Positions 18,436 through 27,962 of a stretch of DNA of 64,000 nt are shown here, one piece after another (positions within the stretch are counted from its first letter, which is position 1; every line of letters begins with the position of its first letter). A program made the translations under genes and the position numbers. The notes beneath the pieces were generated by a model. That model searched no databases. It saw nothing but the letters and a program-made list of their open reading frames with translations, and was not told the origin of the DNA. This DNA comes from an uncultured bacterium. Lineage in GTDB: Bacteria > Patescibacteriota > Minisyncoccia > Phycocordibacterales > Phycocordibacteraceae. The stretch is from the NCBI GenBank assembly GCA_903825105.1, contig CAIJZI010000006.1, positions 1,399 to 65,398 on the forward strand, read 5' to 3'.

Positions 18436-20364
18436 ATGAAAAAATTTCACAATGCATTCCAATATCTAAACAATCGACCGATTCTTTTCGGTCTATTCGC
18501 CATGCTCCTTACGGTTATGTTCGGTATGTCGATCGCTTTTATGACAGGAATGGTTACTCCCAATCAAGTTTTGGCAGATGTTATTGGGCCACCTTGTTGC
18601 GAGCCTCCGGTTCCTCCTCCGCCGCCGCCTCCTCCACCTCCGCCACCAGTCCCGATAGTTCCGGTGCCAGTCATTCCTATACCTGTGCCAACTTGTACGC
18701 TCTCGGCGAACCCGACTTCACTGCCAGTTGGCGGTGGGACTTCTGTACTTGATTGGACAACGACCAATGCGACGAGTGCCTCGCTTAATCAAGGCATCGG
18801 CGATGTCGCGCCAATCGATGCAGGCTCGCAGTCTGTTTCTATCGCGACGGATACGAATTTCATCTTGACCGTTTCTGGCCCGGGAGGGCAGACGGCCTGT
18901 TCTGCTAATGTGACCGTTGCTACACCGCCGCCACCTCCTCCGCCAAATACCCCAGCCTGTACGCTTATTGCGAATCCAGTAGCGATTCAAACAGGGTCGT
19001 CATCGTCACTTTCTTGGACAACGACAAATGCGACTTCATTTACGCTCGACAATAATATCGGTGCGGTAACGCCTGTTGCTTCGGGGAATAAATCTGTTTC
19101 TCCAACCACGACCACGACCTACACTGGCACAGCAGTAGGCCCGAATGGTTCGGTAATTTGTACGGCGATTATTACGGTCACGACAACTCCGCCGCCACCT
19201 GGTGGCACTATCGCGTGTACCCTTTCTGCCGCGCCCCCGATTATAAATTCAGGCAATTCATCGGTACTTTCTTGGACAACGACTGGCGCGACTTCTTTCA
19301 TAATCGACAACAATGTCGGTGCATCGACACCGGTCGCGGCTGGAACCGTTTCTGTTTCTCCAACTGTTGACACAACTTATATCGGTACAGCGACTGGCCC
19401 TTATGGAACAATCACTTGTTCGACAACGGTGACGATGAATCACGGCGGTGGCGGGTGTACGAGTAATTGTGGCGGAGGCGGAGGTGGTTCGTCGCCGACA
19501 GTTGTGTTGTCCGCAGTTCCTCATTCGATCTCACAACCATTTGCCTTTTTGTATCTCTCTCAAATCCCGTACACCGGCCTCGACCTCGGCCCTGTCGGCA
19601 CCACTATTTATTGGATCGTGCTCATTCTTGCAGCTCTTGCGATAACCTACTTTGTCCTCTTTGGCATCGTGCCTTTTATAAATCGTTGGGCACACAACTT
19701 CACTGCGCGCGTCTCTGCGGCGATTAATGGTCCGGAAACAGTTACTGTTCAATCAGTTAAATCAGTTCCGTCGCCAGCACCAGCGCCGAAACCTGCGCCA
19801 GAAACTTCGCAAAATTCATATTCTTCATACAACGGATTCAAATCATTCGCACGAAACGGGGCACTCTCGATTGAAGATATCGTGAAGGGCTTGTCACAAG
19901 AACAGCTCTCGCCCGCGTCTGAAGTTTTCGAAGAAGAATCAGTCGGAGATATTGTTGAACAAATGCAACACGAAGAAGAGAAGATTGAGACATTTCAGCC
20001 GCCCGTTCAAGAGGTGACGACAACTGCAGACGCAGGCGCCGCTTCTGTCCGCGGTCTCGCCATCGCTCTTATTGAAGGTGATCGCGCAGCAGTGTTTGCC
20101 GGTCTCCGACAGCAGGTGCGCGGGGGAGGATCTCCGGAACAACTGATTAATTCGATCGTCTGTATTCTCGACGATGTGTACCGTGCGCGTGTTGACGGCA
20201 CGCCGTGTGACGCAGACATTGCGCGTCGAACCGCGCGTTTTGCTACGCCTCTTTTGGAAAAACTGGTCGTGTCGCTCACCACAGCAATCGATGCCAGCTA
20301 TTCAGACGAGATAACCGGAGCGAAGCTCGCCCTCACTCGAGCACTCGCTACTATTGGCGCATAA
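18436..20364 (+). CDS. Proline-rich surface protein with three Ig/PKD-like repeats and an IPYTG sorting-like motif
   Basis: Three CTLxAxP...LxWTTT repeats separated by poly-Pro; QIPYTG then TM then cytoplasmic domain. Confidence 0.75.
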   Translation: MKKFHNAFQYLNNRPILFGLFAMLLTVMFGMSIAFMTGMVTPNQVLADVIGPPCCEPPVPPPPPPPPPPPPVPIVPVPVIPIPVPTCTLSANPTSLPVGGGTSVLDWTTTNATSASLNQGIGDVAPIDAGSQSVSIATDTNFILTVSGPGGQTACSANVTVATPPPPPPPNTPACTLIANPVAIQTGSSSSLSWTTTNATSFTLDNNIGAVTPVASGNKSVSPTTTTTYTGTAVGPNGSVICTAIITVTTTPPPPGGTIACTLSAAPPIINSGNSSVLSWTTTGATSFIIDNNVGASTPVAAGTVSVSPTVDTTYIGTATGPYGTITCSTTVTMNHGGGGCTSNCGGGGGGSSPTVVLSAVPHSISQPFAFLYLSQIPYTGLDLGPVGTTIYWIVLILAALAITYFVLFGIVPFINRWAHNFTARVSAAINGPETVTVQSVKSVPSPAPAPKPAPETSQNSYSSYNGFKSFARNGALSIEDIVKGLSQEQLSPASEVFEEESVGDIVEQMQHEEEKIETFQPPVQEVTTTADAGAASVRGLAIALIEGDRAAVFAGLRQQVRGGGSPEQLINSIVCILDDVYRARVDGTPCDADIARRTARFATPLLEKLVVSLTTAIDASYSDEITGAKLALTRALATIGA

Positions 20365-20384
20365 CTTGACACAAAAATAATAAT

Positions 20385-21137
20385 ATGTTAAACATCATAT
20401 ATATGAACAGTCCTGAAAACAGCCCAGCCCGCCGCATTACCCTCATCTGCCTCGCCGCAGTTGGCTTTATCGCACTCGTCGGAGCAGGCGTTTGGCTCGC
20501 TATTTATTCAACACGCTTTGTGCCAAATATAGTCAACGGCGCTGGCGAAGCCGCGGTGCAGTTCGGCGCTTGGTTTATGCCGAATCATAAATCCGATTCT
20601 TCATTATCAACTGCGTCAACGACCATTTCTTTCGGTACCTCAGCGACCTCTACGAGTTCAAATCAAACTACTCCATCAAAACAAGTTTCAACGACTGCAG
20701 GAGAAAAGACCAGTGATGTGTATCAAATAAGTGGGACGACAACGCCATCGCTCTACGGATTCCCCGATCTTATTGTGAATATAAATGCGACGGGATATTT
20801 AACGACAAGCTCGACCGATTCTTTCGTCGCGACTTCGACAATTCATTCTAACAATCGACCAGCGATATCTTTCACTATAAAAAATATTGGTACGAATGCG
20901 ACCGGCCTGTGGCGCTTTAGCGCATCAATCCCAACTCAGAATGCTTATATCTATCAGTCGCAACTCCAACAGTCGCTTAATCCAGGAGAGAGCATCGACT
21001 ACATTCTTGGATTCGACCAGCCGAACACTGGCGTAGACAAAACGATTTCGATTACTGCGAATTCTGATAATAGCGTGAGAGAATCACACACAGACAACAA
21101 CAGCTCTTCGGTGAAGATTACTATTCTCGGGAACTAA
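20385..21137 (+). CDS. Membrane-anchored CARDB-like Ig-fold protein
   Basis: TM, Ser/Thr linker, PDL...IKNIG...LNPGE...VRESHTDNN. Confidence 0.7.
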   Translation: MLNIIYMNSPENSPARRITLICLAAVGFIALVGAGVWLAIYSTRFVPNIVNGAGEAAVQFGAWFMPNHKSDSSLSTASTTISFGTSATSTSSNQTTPSKQVSTTAGEKTSDVYQISGTTTPSLYGFPDLIVNINATGYLTTSSTDSFVATSTIHSNNRPAISFTIKNIGTNATGLWRFSASIPTQNAYIYQSQLQQSLNPGESIDYILGFDQPNTGVDKTISITANSDNSVRESHTDNNSSSVKITILGN

Positions 21138-21152
21138 CGGTATAGTAGCGAT

Positions 21153-22421
21153 ATGAGTGCGATATCTTTTGCGATAGAAAAGCGCGCGCCACTTCGTGGC
21201 GCGCGTGTCGGCATTCTCACCACGCCGCACGGCGTAATTCACACACCTGCTTTTGCGCCAGTAGGAACAAAAGCGAGTGTGAAAGGTATTTTGCCTAGTG
21301 AAGTCGCGAAGCTCGGTGCTGAAGTGGTGCTCGCGAATACCTATCACCTCTATCTTCAGCCGGGCGAGCAGATTGTGAAAGAGGCTGGTGGCCTCGCGAA
21401 GTTTATGGGCTGGTCGGACTCGTCTTCGCCTTTGGGCTCCGGCGCGGCGAAGCCAACCATCACCGATTCAGGCGGTTTCCAAGTGTTTTCGCTCGGTGCT
21501 GCTTTCGGCAAAAAAATCTCCAAATTTGATGGAATGAGGGATTTCGTAAATCCATCATCTGATAAACCAGTAATTTTTGACGAAGAGGTCGCGAGTCAAC
21601 ACGGCCAACTCGCGATTATTGACGACGAAGGCGTCTCGTTTACCTCGCACATCGACGGCTCGCTTCATCGCTTTACGCCAGAGCGATCGGTGGAGATTCA
21701 GCACGCGCTTGGGGCAGACATTTTCTTCGCTTTTGACGAATGCACTGCGCCAACAGAGACCTATGAATATCAGAAAGATGCTATGGAACGCACACATCGC
21801 TGGGCGGAACGGAGTTTGAAGGCACATCGACAAATGGAATATGCCCGCCTTCGTGAGAACTCCGGCGTGGCGAAGCAAGCAATTTTCGGCATCGCACAAG
21901 GCGGGCAGTTTGATGACTTGCGAAAGTTGAGTGCGAAGACAATCGCAGAAATGGGCTTCGATGGATTCGGACTCGGCGGATCGTTTAGTAAAAAGTATGG
22001 CGATGATTCTCTCGAATCAGCGCTTCAAATGCTTAAAGAATTGCCAGACACTATGCCAGTGCACGGCCTTGGTATTGGAGAGCCGGGCGATATCCTCGCC
22101 AGTATTGCCGCAGGTGTTGACCTTTTTGACTGTGTAGCGCCGACACGCCTCGGTAGACATGGCACAATTTATACTAAAAATGGTTTAGTTCATTTGAAAA
22201 ATGAAAAATATAGAAATGATTTTTCGCCACTGGGCGAATCAGGGTTTACCCATGCGTATGTATCGCATCTGATTAGAAGTGGGGAAATGCTCGGTGCGAC
22301 GATCGCCTCGATGCATAATCTGAAATTTATTTTGGATCTTGTCGCTCACGCGCGGCAGGCGATTTTAAACGATACTTTTGAGGAATATCGTGCAGATTTT
22401 GTAAATAAATATTATGGCTAA
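21153..22421 (+). CDS. tgt: tRNA-guanine transglycosylase
   Basis: TPAFAPVGT, LANTYHL, TDSGGFQVFSL, FDECT, DLFDCVAPTR. Confidence 0.93.
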   Translation: MSAISFAIEKRAPLRGARVGILTTPHGVIHTPAFAPVGTKASVKGILPSEVAKLGAEVVLANTYHLYLQPGEQIVKEAGGLAKFMGWSDSSSPLGSGAAKPTITDSGGFQVFSLGAAFGKKISKFDGMRDFVNPSSDKPVIFDEEVASQHGQLAIIDDEGVSFTSHIDGSLHRFTPERSVEIQHALGADIFFAFDECTAPTETYEYQKDAMERTHRWAERSLKAHRQMEYARLRENSGVAKQAIFGIAQGGQFDDLRKLSAKTIAEMGFDGFGLGGSFSKKYGDDSLESALQMLKELPDTMPVHGLGIGEPGDILASIAAGVDLFDCVAPTRLGRHGTIYTKNGLVHLKNEKYRNDFSPLGESGFTHAYVSHLIRSGEMLGATIASMHNLKFILDLVAHARQAILNDTFEEYRADFVNKYYG

Positions 22422-24498
22422 TTTCAAATTACACTTACCGTTTCAGCCGGCGGGCGATCAGCCCGAAGCGATTAAAAAGCTGAATGAAGGCCTCAAAAAA
22501 GGCTTGCATCATCAAACACTTTTCGGCGTGACGGGGAGCGGGAAGACCTTCACGATGGCGAATGTTATCGCACAGAATGATAAGCCGACACTCGTCCTCG
22601 CGCACAACAAGACACTTGCTGCCCAGCTCGCGCAGGAGTATCGCGAATTTTTCCCCGAGAATGCGGTGCATTATTTCGTTTCCTATTATGATTATTATCA
22701 ACCAGAGGCGTACATCGCGCACTCTGACACCTATATTGAAAAAGAGGCGATGATTAATGCTGAGATTGATCGGCTTCGCCACGCTGCGACGCAGGCTCTG
22801 CTCACGAGGAAAGATGTGATTATTGTTGCGTCAGTCTCGGCGATTTATGGGCTCGGTTCGCCAGAAGAATATGAAAAAGTGCATGTGAAAATTGAAAAAG
22901 GTGCACCAGAAAATAGAGCTGCGTTAATCAGAAAACTGGTTGCCATTTATTTTGAGAGAACCAACGCCGATTTGAATCCAGGGCAGCTGCGTGCGATTGG
23001 TAACTCGCTTGAGTTTATGCCGGTGAATGAACGCGTCTTGTATCGCGTTGTCTTCGATGGTGATGCCATCTCGCGCGTCGAACAGCTCGACCCAGTCTCG
23101 CGTGCAAAAGTCGCGGAGCCACAGTCAATCTTCGTCTTCCCGGCGAAGCACTTCGTCACGAGTGAAGAAGAGCGAATCAGAGCGATTGAAGATATTAAAC
23201 TCGAGCTAGAAGAACAACTCGCGAAGTTTAAAAGAGAAGAAAAACCGCTCGAAGCAGAGCGACTGAAGCGCCGCACCTTAAGCGACCTCGCGCTGATTCG
23301 CGAGATCGGTTACACGAACGGCATCGAGAATTATTCTCGCCACTTTGACGGGAGAAAGGCGGGCGAGCCGCCATACACATTGCTCTCCTATTTCCCCAAA
23401 GATTTTTTAACTGTTATCGACGAGTCGCATGTGACCGTACCGCAGATTGGCGGGATGTATGCAGGAGATAGATCAAGAAAAAATGTGCTGATTGAATTCG
23501 GATTCCGTTTGCCGTCGGCGCTCGATAATCGTCCGCTTATGTTTGAAGAATTTGAAAAATGCGTGGGGCAAGTTATTTATACGAGCGCGACGCCGGGCGC
23601 ATATGAAAAAGCGCATTCTGAACAAGTCGTTGAACAAATTATTCGTCCGACTGGTCTTATCGACCCAGAGCTTATCGTGCGCCCTGTCTCTGAAGGCACA
23701 GAACCCATGATGGGTTTCGTAAATCCATCATCAAATGATGGATTTACGAAACCAAAATATCGAGGGCAGATTGCTGATTTTATCGACGAAGCAGAAAAGG
23801 TGATTAAAACGGGTGGGCGCGTTTTGGCTACAACACTCACCAAACAAATGGCAGAAGACCTCTCCTCATTCCTGCGCGATCGCGGCATCAAAGCTGAATA
23901 TTTGCATTCTGATATTAAAACGATTGACCGCATCGACATTCTTACCAATTTCCGCAAAGGTGATTTCGATTTACTCGTCGGCGTGAACCTGCTGCGCGAA
24001 GGGCTCGACCTGCCTGAAGTAGAGCTCATCGGCATTCTCGACGCTGACAAAGAAGGATTCCTCCGTAGCGAAGTTTCTCTTATCCAAACCATCGGTCGCG
24101 CCGCTAGAAATGTTTTAGGCCGCGTGATTCTCTATGCCGATGTGATGACGGGCTCCTTGGAGCGCGCCATCGGCGAGACGAATCGTCGTCGCGATATTCA
24201 GATCGCCTACAACACAAAGCACGGCATCACGCCGAAGACGATTCATAAAGAAATCCACGACATCGCTGCCTCAATGCGCACCGAGCATCAAAAGACGATT
24301 GATGAGTTGCTCGTCTTGGATACGATTGCGTATAAAGAAGATCCAAAAGAGTTTATAAAGAGAAAGAGGGAAGAGATGGCTGAAGCAGTCGAGAAATTGG
24401 ACTTCGAAACCGCCGCGCTTATTCGTGATGAAATTTATAAGCTTGAAGGCACCGGTCCCAAATCTAAAAAATCGCGCGGGCGAAGACTTTTGTCGTGA
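22414..24498 (+). CDS. uvrB: Excinuclease ABC subunit B
   Basis: GVTGSGKT, YYDYYQPEAY, DESH, NLLREGLDLPEV, C-terminal UVR. Confidence 0.97.
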   Translation: MANFKLHLPFQPAGDQPEAIKKLNEGLKKGLHHQTLFGVTGSGKTFTMANVIAQNDKPTLVLAHNKTLAAQLAQEYREFFPENAVHYFVSYYDYYQPEAYIAHSDTYIEKEAMINAEIDRLRHAATQALLTRKDVIIVASVSAIYGLGSPEEYEKVHVKIEKGAPENRAALIRKLVAIYFERTNADLNPGQLRAIGNSLEFMPVNERVLYRVVFDGDAISRVEQLDPVSRAKVAEPQSIFVFPAKHFVTSEEERIRAIEDIKLELEEQLAKFKREEKPLEAERLKRRTLSDLALIREIGYTNGIENYSRHFDGRKAGEPPYTLLSYFPKDFLTVIDESHVTVPQIGGMYAGDRSRKNVLIEFGFRLPSALDNRPLMFEEFEKCVGQVIYTSATPGAYEKAHSEQVVEQIIRPTGLIDPELIVRPVSEGTEPMMGFVNPSSNDGFTKPKYRGQIADFIDEAEKVIKTGGRVLATTLTKQMAEDLSSFLRDRGIKAEYLHSDIKTIDRIDILTNFRKGDFDLLVGVNLLREGLDLPEVELIGILDADKEGFLRSEVSLIQTIGRAARNVLGRVILYADVMTGSLERAIGETNRRRDIQIAYNTKHGITPKTIHKEIHDIAASMRTEHQKTIDELLVLDTIAYKEDPKEFIKRKREEMAEAVEKLDFETAALIRDEIYKLEGTGPKSKKSRGRRLLS
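23707..23753. repeat. In-frame palindromic insert in uvrB (TCGTA-loop family)
   Basis: 19-bp perfect inverted repeat GGTTTCGTAAATCCATCAT-caa-ATGATGGATTTACGAAACC; 23/25 copy in tgt 21534-21558. Confidence 0.85.
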
Positions 24499-24581
24499 GC
24501 TTGACAGTAGAATTTGGTTGTGTATACTAATATACGGAAGGTAAGAGGCATCCAAATCTCTCAATGAAGGAGGAAATTCCT

Positions 24582-24725
24582 ATGTTGGTGGAATGGGTAA
24601 ATCAGTTTTCGCTACCTGTTCAGATTTTGTTGACCGTCGGCATTACTGCTGTGTTTTGCGCCCTTGTGCTGGTTGTAATAAGCGCTGTGTGTTTCGTTCT
24701 GTCCAAAGGCGGACGCAATCCGTAA
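24582..24725 (+). CDS. 47-aa single-pass membrane peptide
   Basis: TTGACA(24501)-16-TATACT promoter, SD AAGGAGG, MLVEWVNQFSLPVQILLTVGITAVFCALVLVVISAVCFVLSKGGRNP, terminator after. Confidence 0.65.
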   Translation: MLVEWVNQFSLPVQILLTVGITAVFCALVLVVISAVCFVLSKGGRNP

Positions 24726-24731
24726 TTTACA

Positions 24732-24760
24732 AGAGCTCGCTAGCAATAGCGGGCTCTTTT
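24732..24760 (+). terminator. Intrinsic terminator
   Basis: AGAGCTCGCTA-GCAA-TAGCGGGCTCT-TTT. Confidence 0.75.
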
Positions 24761-24876
24761 ACTTTTGTTAGCAAGGTCTCGCCTTGATACAAGAAGCTCA
24801 TTTCATAAGGTGCCTTAATTTTATGGCTTATTTGCTTGATATTTTATACCTCACAAACGAGCATTTTGAAAAACGC

Positions 24877-24905
24877 TTGACAAATAAAATTGAGTATGCT
24901 AAACT
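24877..24905 (+). promoter_or_regulatory. Sigma70-type promoter
   Basis: TTGACA-17 nt-TAAACT with extended TG. Confidence 0.7.
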
Positions 24906-24911
24906 TTATAC

Positions 24912-25160
24912 AGATTCGTAATTGAGAGCAAAACTGCAGATGGCAGGTCTGACTCTCCGAATCTACTAGAAGTGAAATCTTCTAGGGGCGGTCCGTTATC
25001 TCACACGGACAACTCTTGAAAGACCTAGCACATAAATACATAAGCTAGACTTTCTTTGATCCTTAGGAGGATGCCAAAATGGCTTGAGGGAGATATGTGA
25101 GATTCCCTGACAAACTCCTCTCCGTTTTACCGCCCCGCACAAAATGTGCGGGGTTTTGCT
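24912..25160 (+). ncRNA. Candidate structured non-coding RNA or attenuator (family not recognised)
   Basis: Promoter upstream, terminator at end, several stems and a possible pseudoknot, no ORF of meaningful length. Confidence 0.55.
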
Positions 25161-25162
25161 TT
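25133..25162 (+). terminator. Intrinsic terminator upstream of uvrA
   Basis: CCCCGCAC-AAAAT-GTGCGGGG-TTTTGCTTT. Confidence 0.75.
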
Positions 25163-25220
25163 TGTGCTATACTCATACCGTACCTGCCCCGCCACGGGCA
25201 GGAGTTTCCATATTTAAACA

Positions 25221-27962
25221 ATGCCTAAAAAAACAGCAAAAGAATCCCTCGACGATGCTCGGGACAAGGAACACAATTTCAAGCACGGGAGCGACCCCGA
25301 CGCGCGACAAGCGGTCGGGGCTGACTGGCTTACCGTGAAGGGCGCGCGTACCCATAATTTAAAAAATATTAATGTCGAGATGCCACGCGGCGCGATGACG
25401 GTGATCACGGGCGTTTCGGGGAGTGGTAAATCATCGCTCGCTTTTGACACTATTTTTGCCGAAGGGCAACGACGCTATGTTGAATCGCTTTCTGCCTACG
25501 CGCGACAATTTTTAAATCAAATGGCGAAGCCCGATGTCGATGAGATCACCGGACTCTCGCCCGCGATTTCTATTGACCAAAAATCGCGTTCGAATAATCC
25601 GCGTTCGACGGTTGCGACGGTTACAGAAATTTATGATTACTTGCGTGTGCTCTACGCACGCGCCGGTCAGCCGTATTGCGTGAATCATGATGTGCCAATC
25701 GTACGACTTTCAAAAGAAGAAATGATTAAGATGGTTTTCTCGCGGATTGAATCGAAAAGGCACTTAGGAAAGACTTCAAATACGGATTCTGGAAGTCTGA
25801 CTTCTGAAGCGCCTGTGGTTATGGGCGTTGTGGTTGATAAAAGTGCGGTGACGATTTATGCGCCAGTCGTGGTAGGGCGCAAAGGGGAATATTATCAAAT
25901 GCTTTATGACCTGCTCGGGAAAGGTTTTGAAAGAGTGATGATCGACGGGAAGGTGCAGTCGCTACGCGAAAAAGTAATTCTTGATAGAAATAAAAGGCAC
26001 GATATCGACGCGATTGTCGACACGATTTATGTTTCAGAATTTATTCGCTCGACTGATGGCGCGCGCGAACGACTCTCTGAAGCGCTTGAGCTCGCGCTGA
26101 AAGAAACGGACGGCTTGGTGAAAATTGGCCACGCTGATGGCACACTCGAAACCTTATCGTCAAAATTTATTTGTCCTGAAGACGGCGCGTCATTCCCTGA
26201 GGTTGAACCTCGCCTCTTTTCATTTAACTCACCCTACGGCGCATGCCCAGAGTGTCACGGACTCGGCACCGAATCATTCTTCTCTGATGCTCCGTGTCCG
26301 GTCTGCGAAGGGAAGAGACTTCGTCCGGAAGCACTTCGTGTGTATTTAAAAAGTAAAAAAGATAAAACGCTCGGGAAAAATATCGTGGATTTTACAAACA
26401 TGTCGATTCGCGAAGCAAAAGAATTTGTCGACTCGATTGAACTTTCAGAAATGAAAAAGGATATCGCATTGCCGATTTTAAAAGAAATAAATAATCGCCT
26501 CACCTTTATGCTCGATGTCGGGCTCGATTATTTAACACTCAATCGAAGTGCTGCGACTCTCTCTGGCGGCGAGAGTCAACGCATCCGCCTCGCTTCGCAG
26601 CTCGGCAGTGGGCTCACGGGCGCTTTGTATGTGCTCGACGAGCCAACGATTGGTCTCCACCAACGCGACAATGACCGACTGATTAAAACATTGCTCACGC
26701 TGAAAGAGCTTGGCAATACGATTGTTATCGTCGAGCACGATGAGGACACGATTTATTCTGCAGATTATATTGTCGACATTGGTCCGGGCGCGGGTGTCCA
26801 CGGCGGCCGCGTAGTTGAGTCAGGATGGTTGGATGACCTTTTAACTGCCAAGAGCAATGAAACAGGCTCGTTGACTCTTGCTTATTTACGCGGTGAGCGG
26901 GAGATAGTAATGCCTGAGTCGCGACGCGAAGGCGAGCGCGGGTGGATCAAGGTGCGCGGAGCGACTTTGCACAATTTGGTAAATCAAAATATCGATGTCC
27001 CGCTTGGTAAATTGGTCTGCATCACGGGCGTTTCGGGGAGCGGGAAGTCGACCTTTCTCTATCATATTTTGCATAAAAACATTGACGCGCGATTCGGTAG
27101 GAAAGAGGCGAAGCTACAAAATGTCGCTTCGCTCACCGGTAGCGAATATCTCGGGCGCGCCGTTTTAATCGATCAATCGCCGATCGGCAGAACGCCGCGC
27201 AGCAACCCTGCGACCTACACTGGCGCATTCACGCACATTCGCGATCTTTTTGCCGCGACTTCTGAAGCGCGTGCGCGAGGCTGGAAGCCGGGCAGATTTT
27301 CTTTTAATGTTTCTGGCGGTCGCTGCGAAGCGTGTCAGGGCAATGGCTCGATCGCAGTTGAAATGCATTTCTTGCCGACGGTATATGTGACCTGTGATGT
27401 CTGCGAAGGAAAACGATTTATGAAAGAAACACTCGAAGTCACCTATCACGGGAAAAATATTTATGAAGTTCTCCAAATGACGGTTGAAGAAGCCGAAAAG
27501 TTTTTTAAAGATATTCCGGCAATTTCCGATCGTCTCGCCTCGCTGAATGCGACTGGCCTTGAATATTTAACACTCGGACAAAGCGCGACAACACTTTCGG
27601 GCGGAGAAGCACAGCGCGTGAAGATCGCGAGCGAGCTCTATCGGCCGATGCCGATGAAGACGATTTATCTCCTCGATGAACCAACGGTCGGTCTGCATTA
27701 TGAAGATGTGAAAAAATTGATTGAAATTTTGCAGGAGCTCGTACGCCGCGGCAACACTGTTGTTGTTATTGAACACAATCTCGATGTGATAAAAAATGCT
27801 GATTATATTATCGACTTCGGGCCCGAAGGCGGCGAAAAGGGCGGCAGAATAGTCGCGAAGGGCACGCCTGAAGAAGTTGCCGATACTAAAGGCTCCTACA
27901 CGGGCGAGTATTTAGCGAGAGTTTTGCATAACCATGGAAAAAAGCGATCTAAAAAAGTCTAA
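25221..27962 (+). CDS. uvrA: Excinuclease ABC subunit A
   Basis: Two GVSGSGKS Walker A, LSGGE signatures, FSFN plus zinc-finger motifs. Confidence 0.97.
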   Translation: MPKKTAKESLDDARDKEHNFKHGSDPDARQAVGADWLTVKGARTHNLKNINVEMPRGAMTVITGVSGSGKSSLAFDTIFAEGQRRYVESLSAYARQFLNQMAKPDVDEITGLSPAISIDQKSRSNNPRSTVATVTEIYDYLRVLYARAGQPYCVNHDVPIVRLSKEEMIKMVFSRIESKRHLGKTSNTDSGSLTSEAPVVMGVVVDKSAVTIYAPVVVGRKGEYYQMLYDLLGKGFERVMIDGKVQSLREKVILDRNKRHDIDAIVDTIYVSEFIRSTDGARERLSEALELALKETDGLVKIGHADGTLETLSSKFICPEDGASFPEVEPRLFSFNSPYGACPECHGLGTESFFSDAPCPVCEGKRLRPEALRVYLKSKKDKTLGKNIVDFTNMSIREAKEFVDSIELSEMKKDIALPILKEINNRLTFMLDVGLDYLTLNRSAATLSGGESQRIRLASQLGSGLTGALYVLDEPTIGLHQRDNDRLIKTLLTLKELGNTIVIVEHDEDTIYSADYIVDIGPGAGVHGGRVVESGWLDDLLTAKSNETGSLTLAYLRGEREIVMPESRREGERGWIKVRGATLHNLVNQNIDVPLGKLVCITGVSGSGKSTFLYHILHKNIDARFGRKEAKLQNVASLTGSEYLGRAVLIDQSPIGRTPRSNPATYTGAFTHIRDLFAATSEARARGWKPGRFSFNVSGGRCEACQGNGSIAVEMHFLPTVYVTCDVCEGKRFMKETLEVTYHGKNIYEVLQMTVEEAEKFFKDIPAISDRLASLNATGLEYLTLGQSATTLSGGEAQRVKIASELYRPMPMKTIYLLDEPTVGLHYEDVKKLIEILQELVRRGNTVVVIEHNLDVIKNADYIIDFGPEGGEKGGRIVAKGTPEEVADTKGSYTGEYLARVLHNHGKKRSKKV

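Noticed and set aside
18600-19490. GC-rich tandem repeats
   Set aside because: Explained by poly-Pro/poly-Gly codons and protein domain repeats
24912-25160. FMN riboswitch, tmRNA, SRP or RNase P RNA
   Set aside because: Only a GTGAAAT..GGCGGT resemblance to FMN; the other conserved blocks of these families are absent
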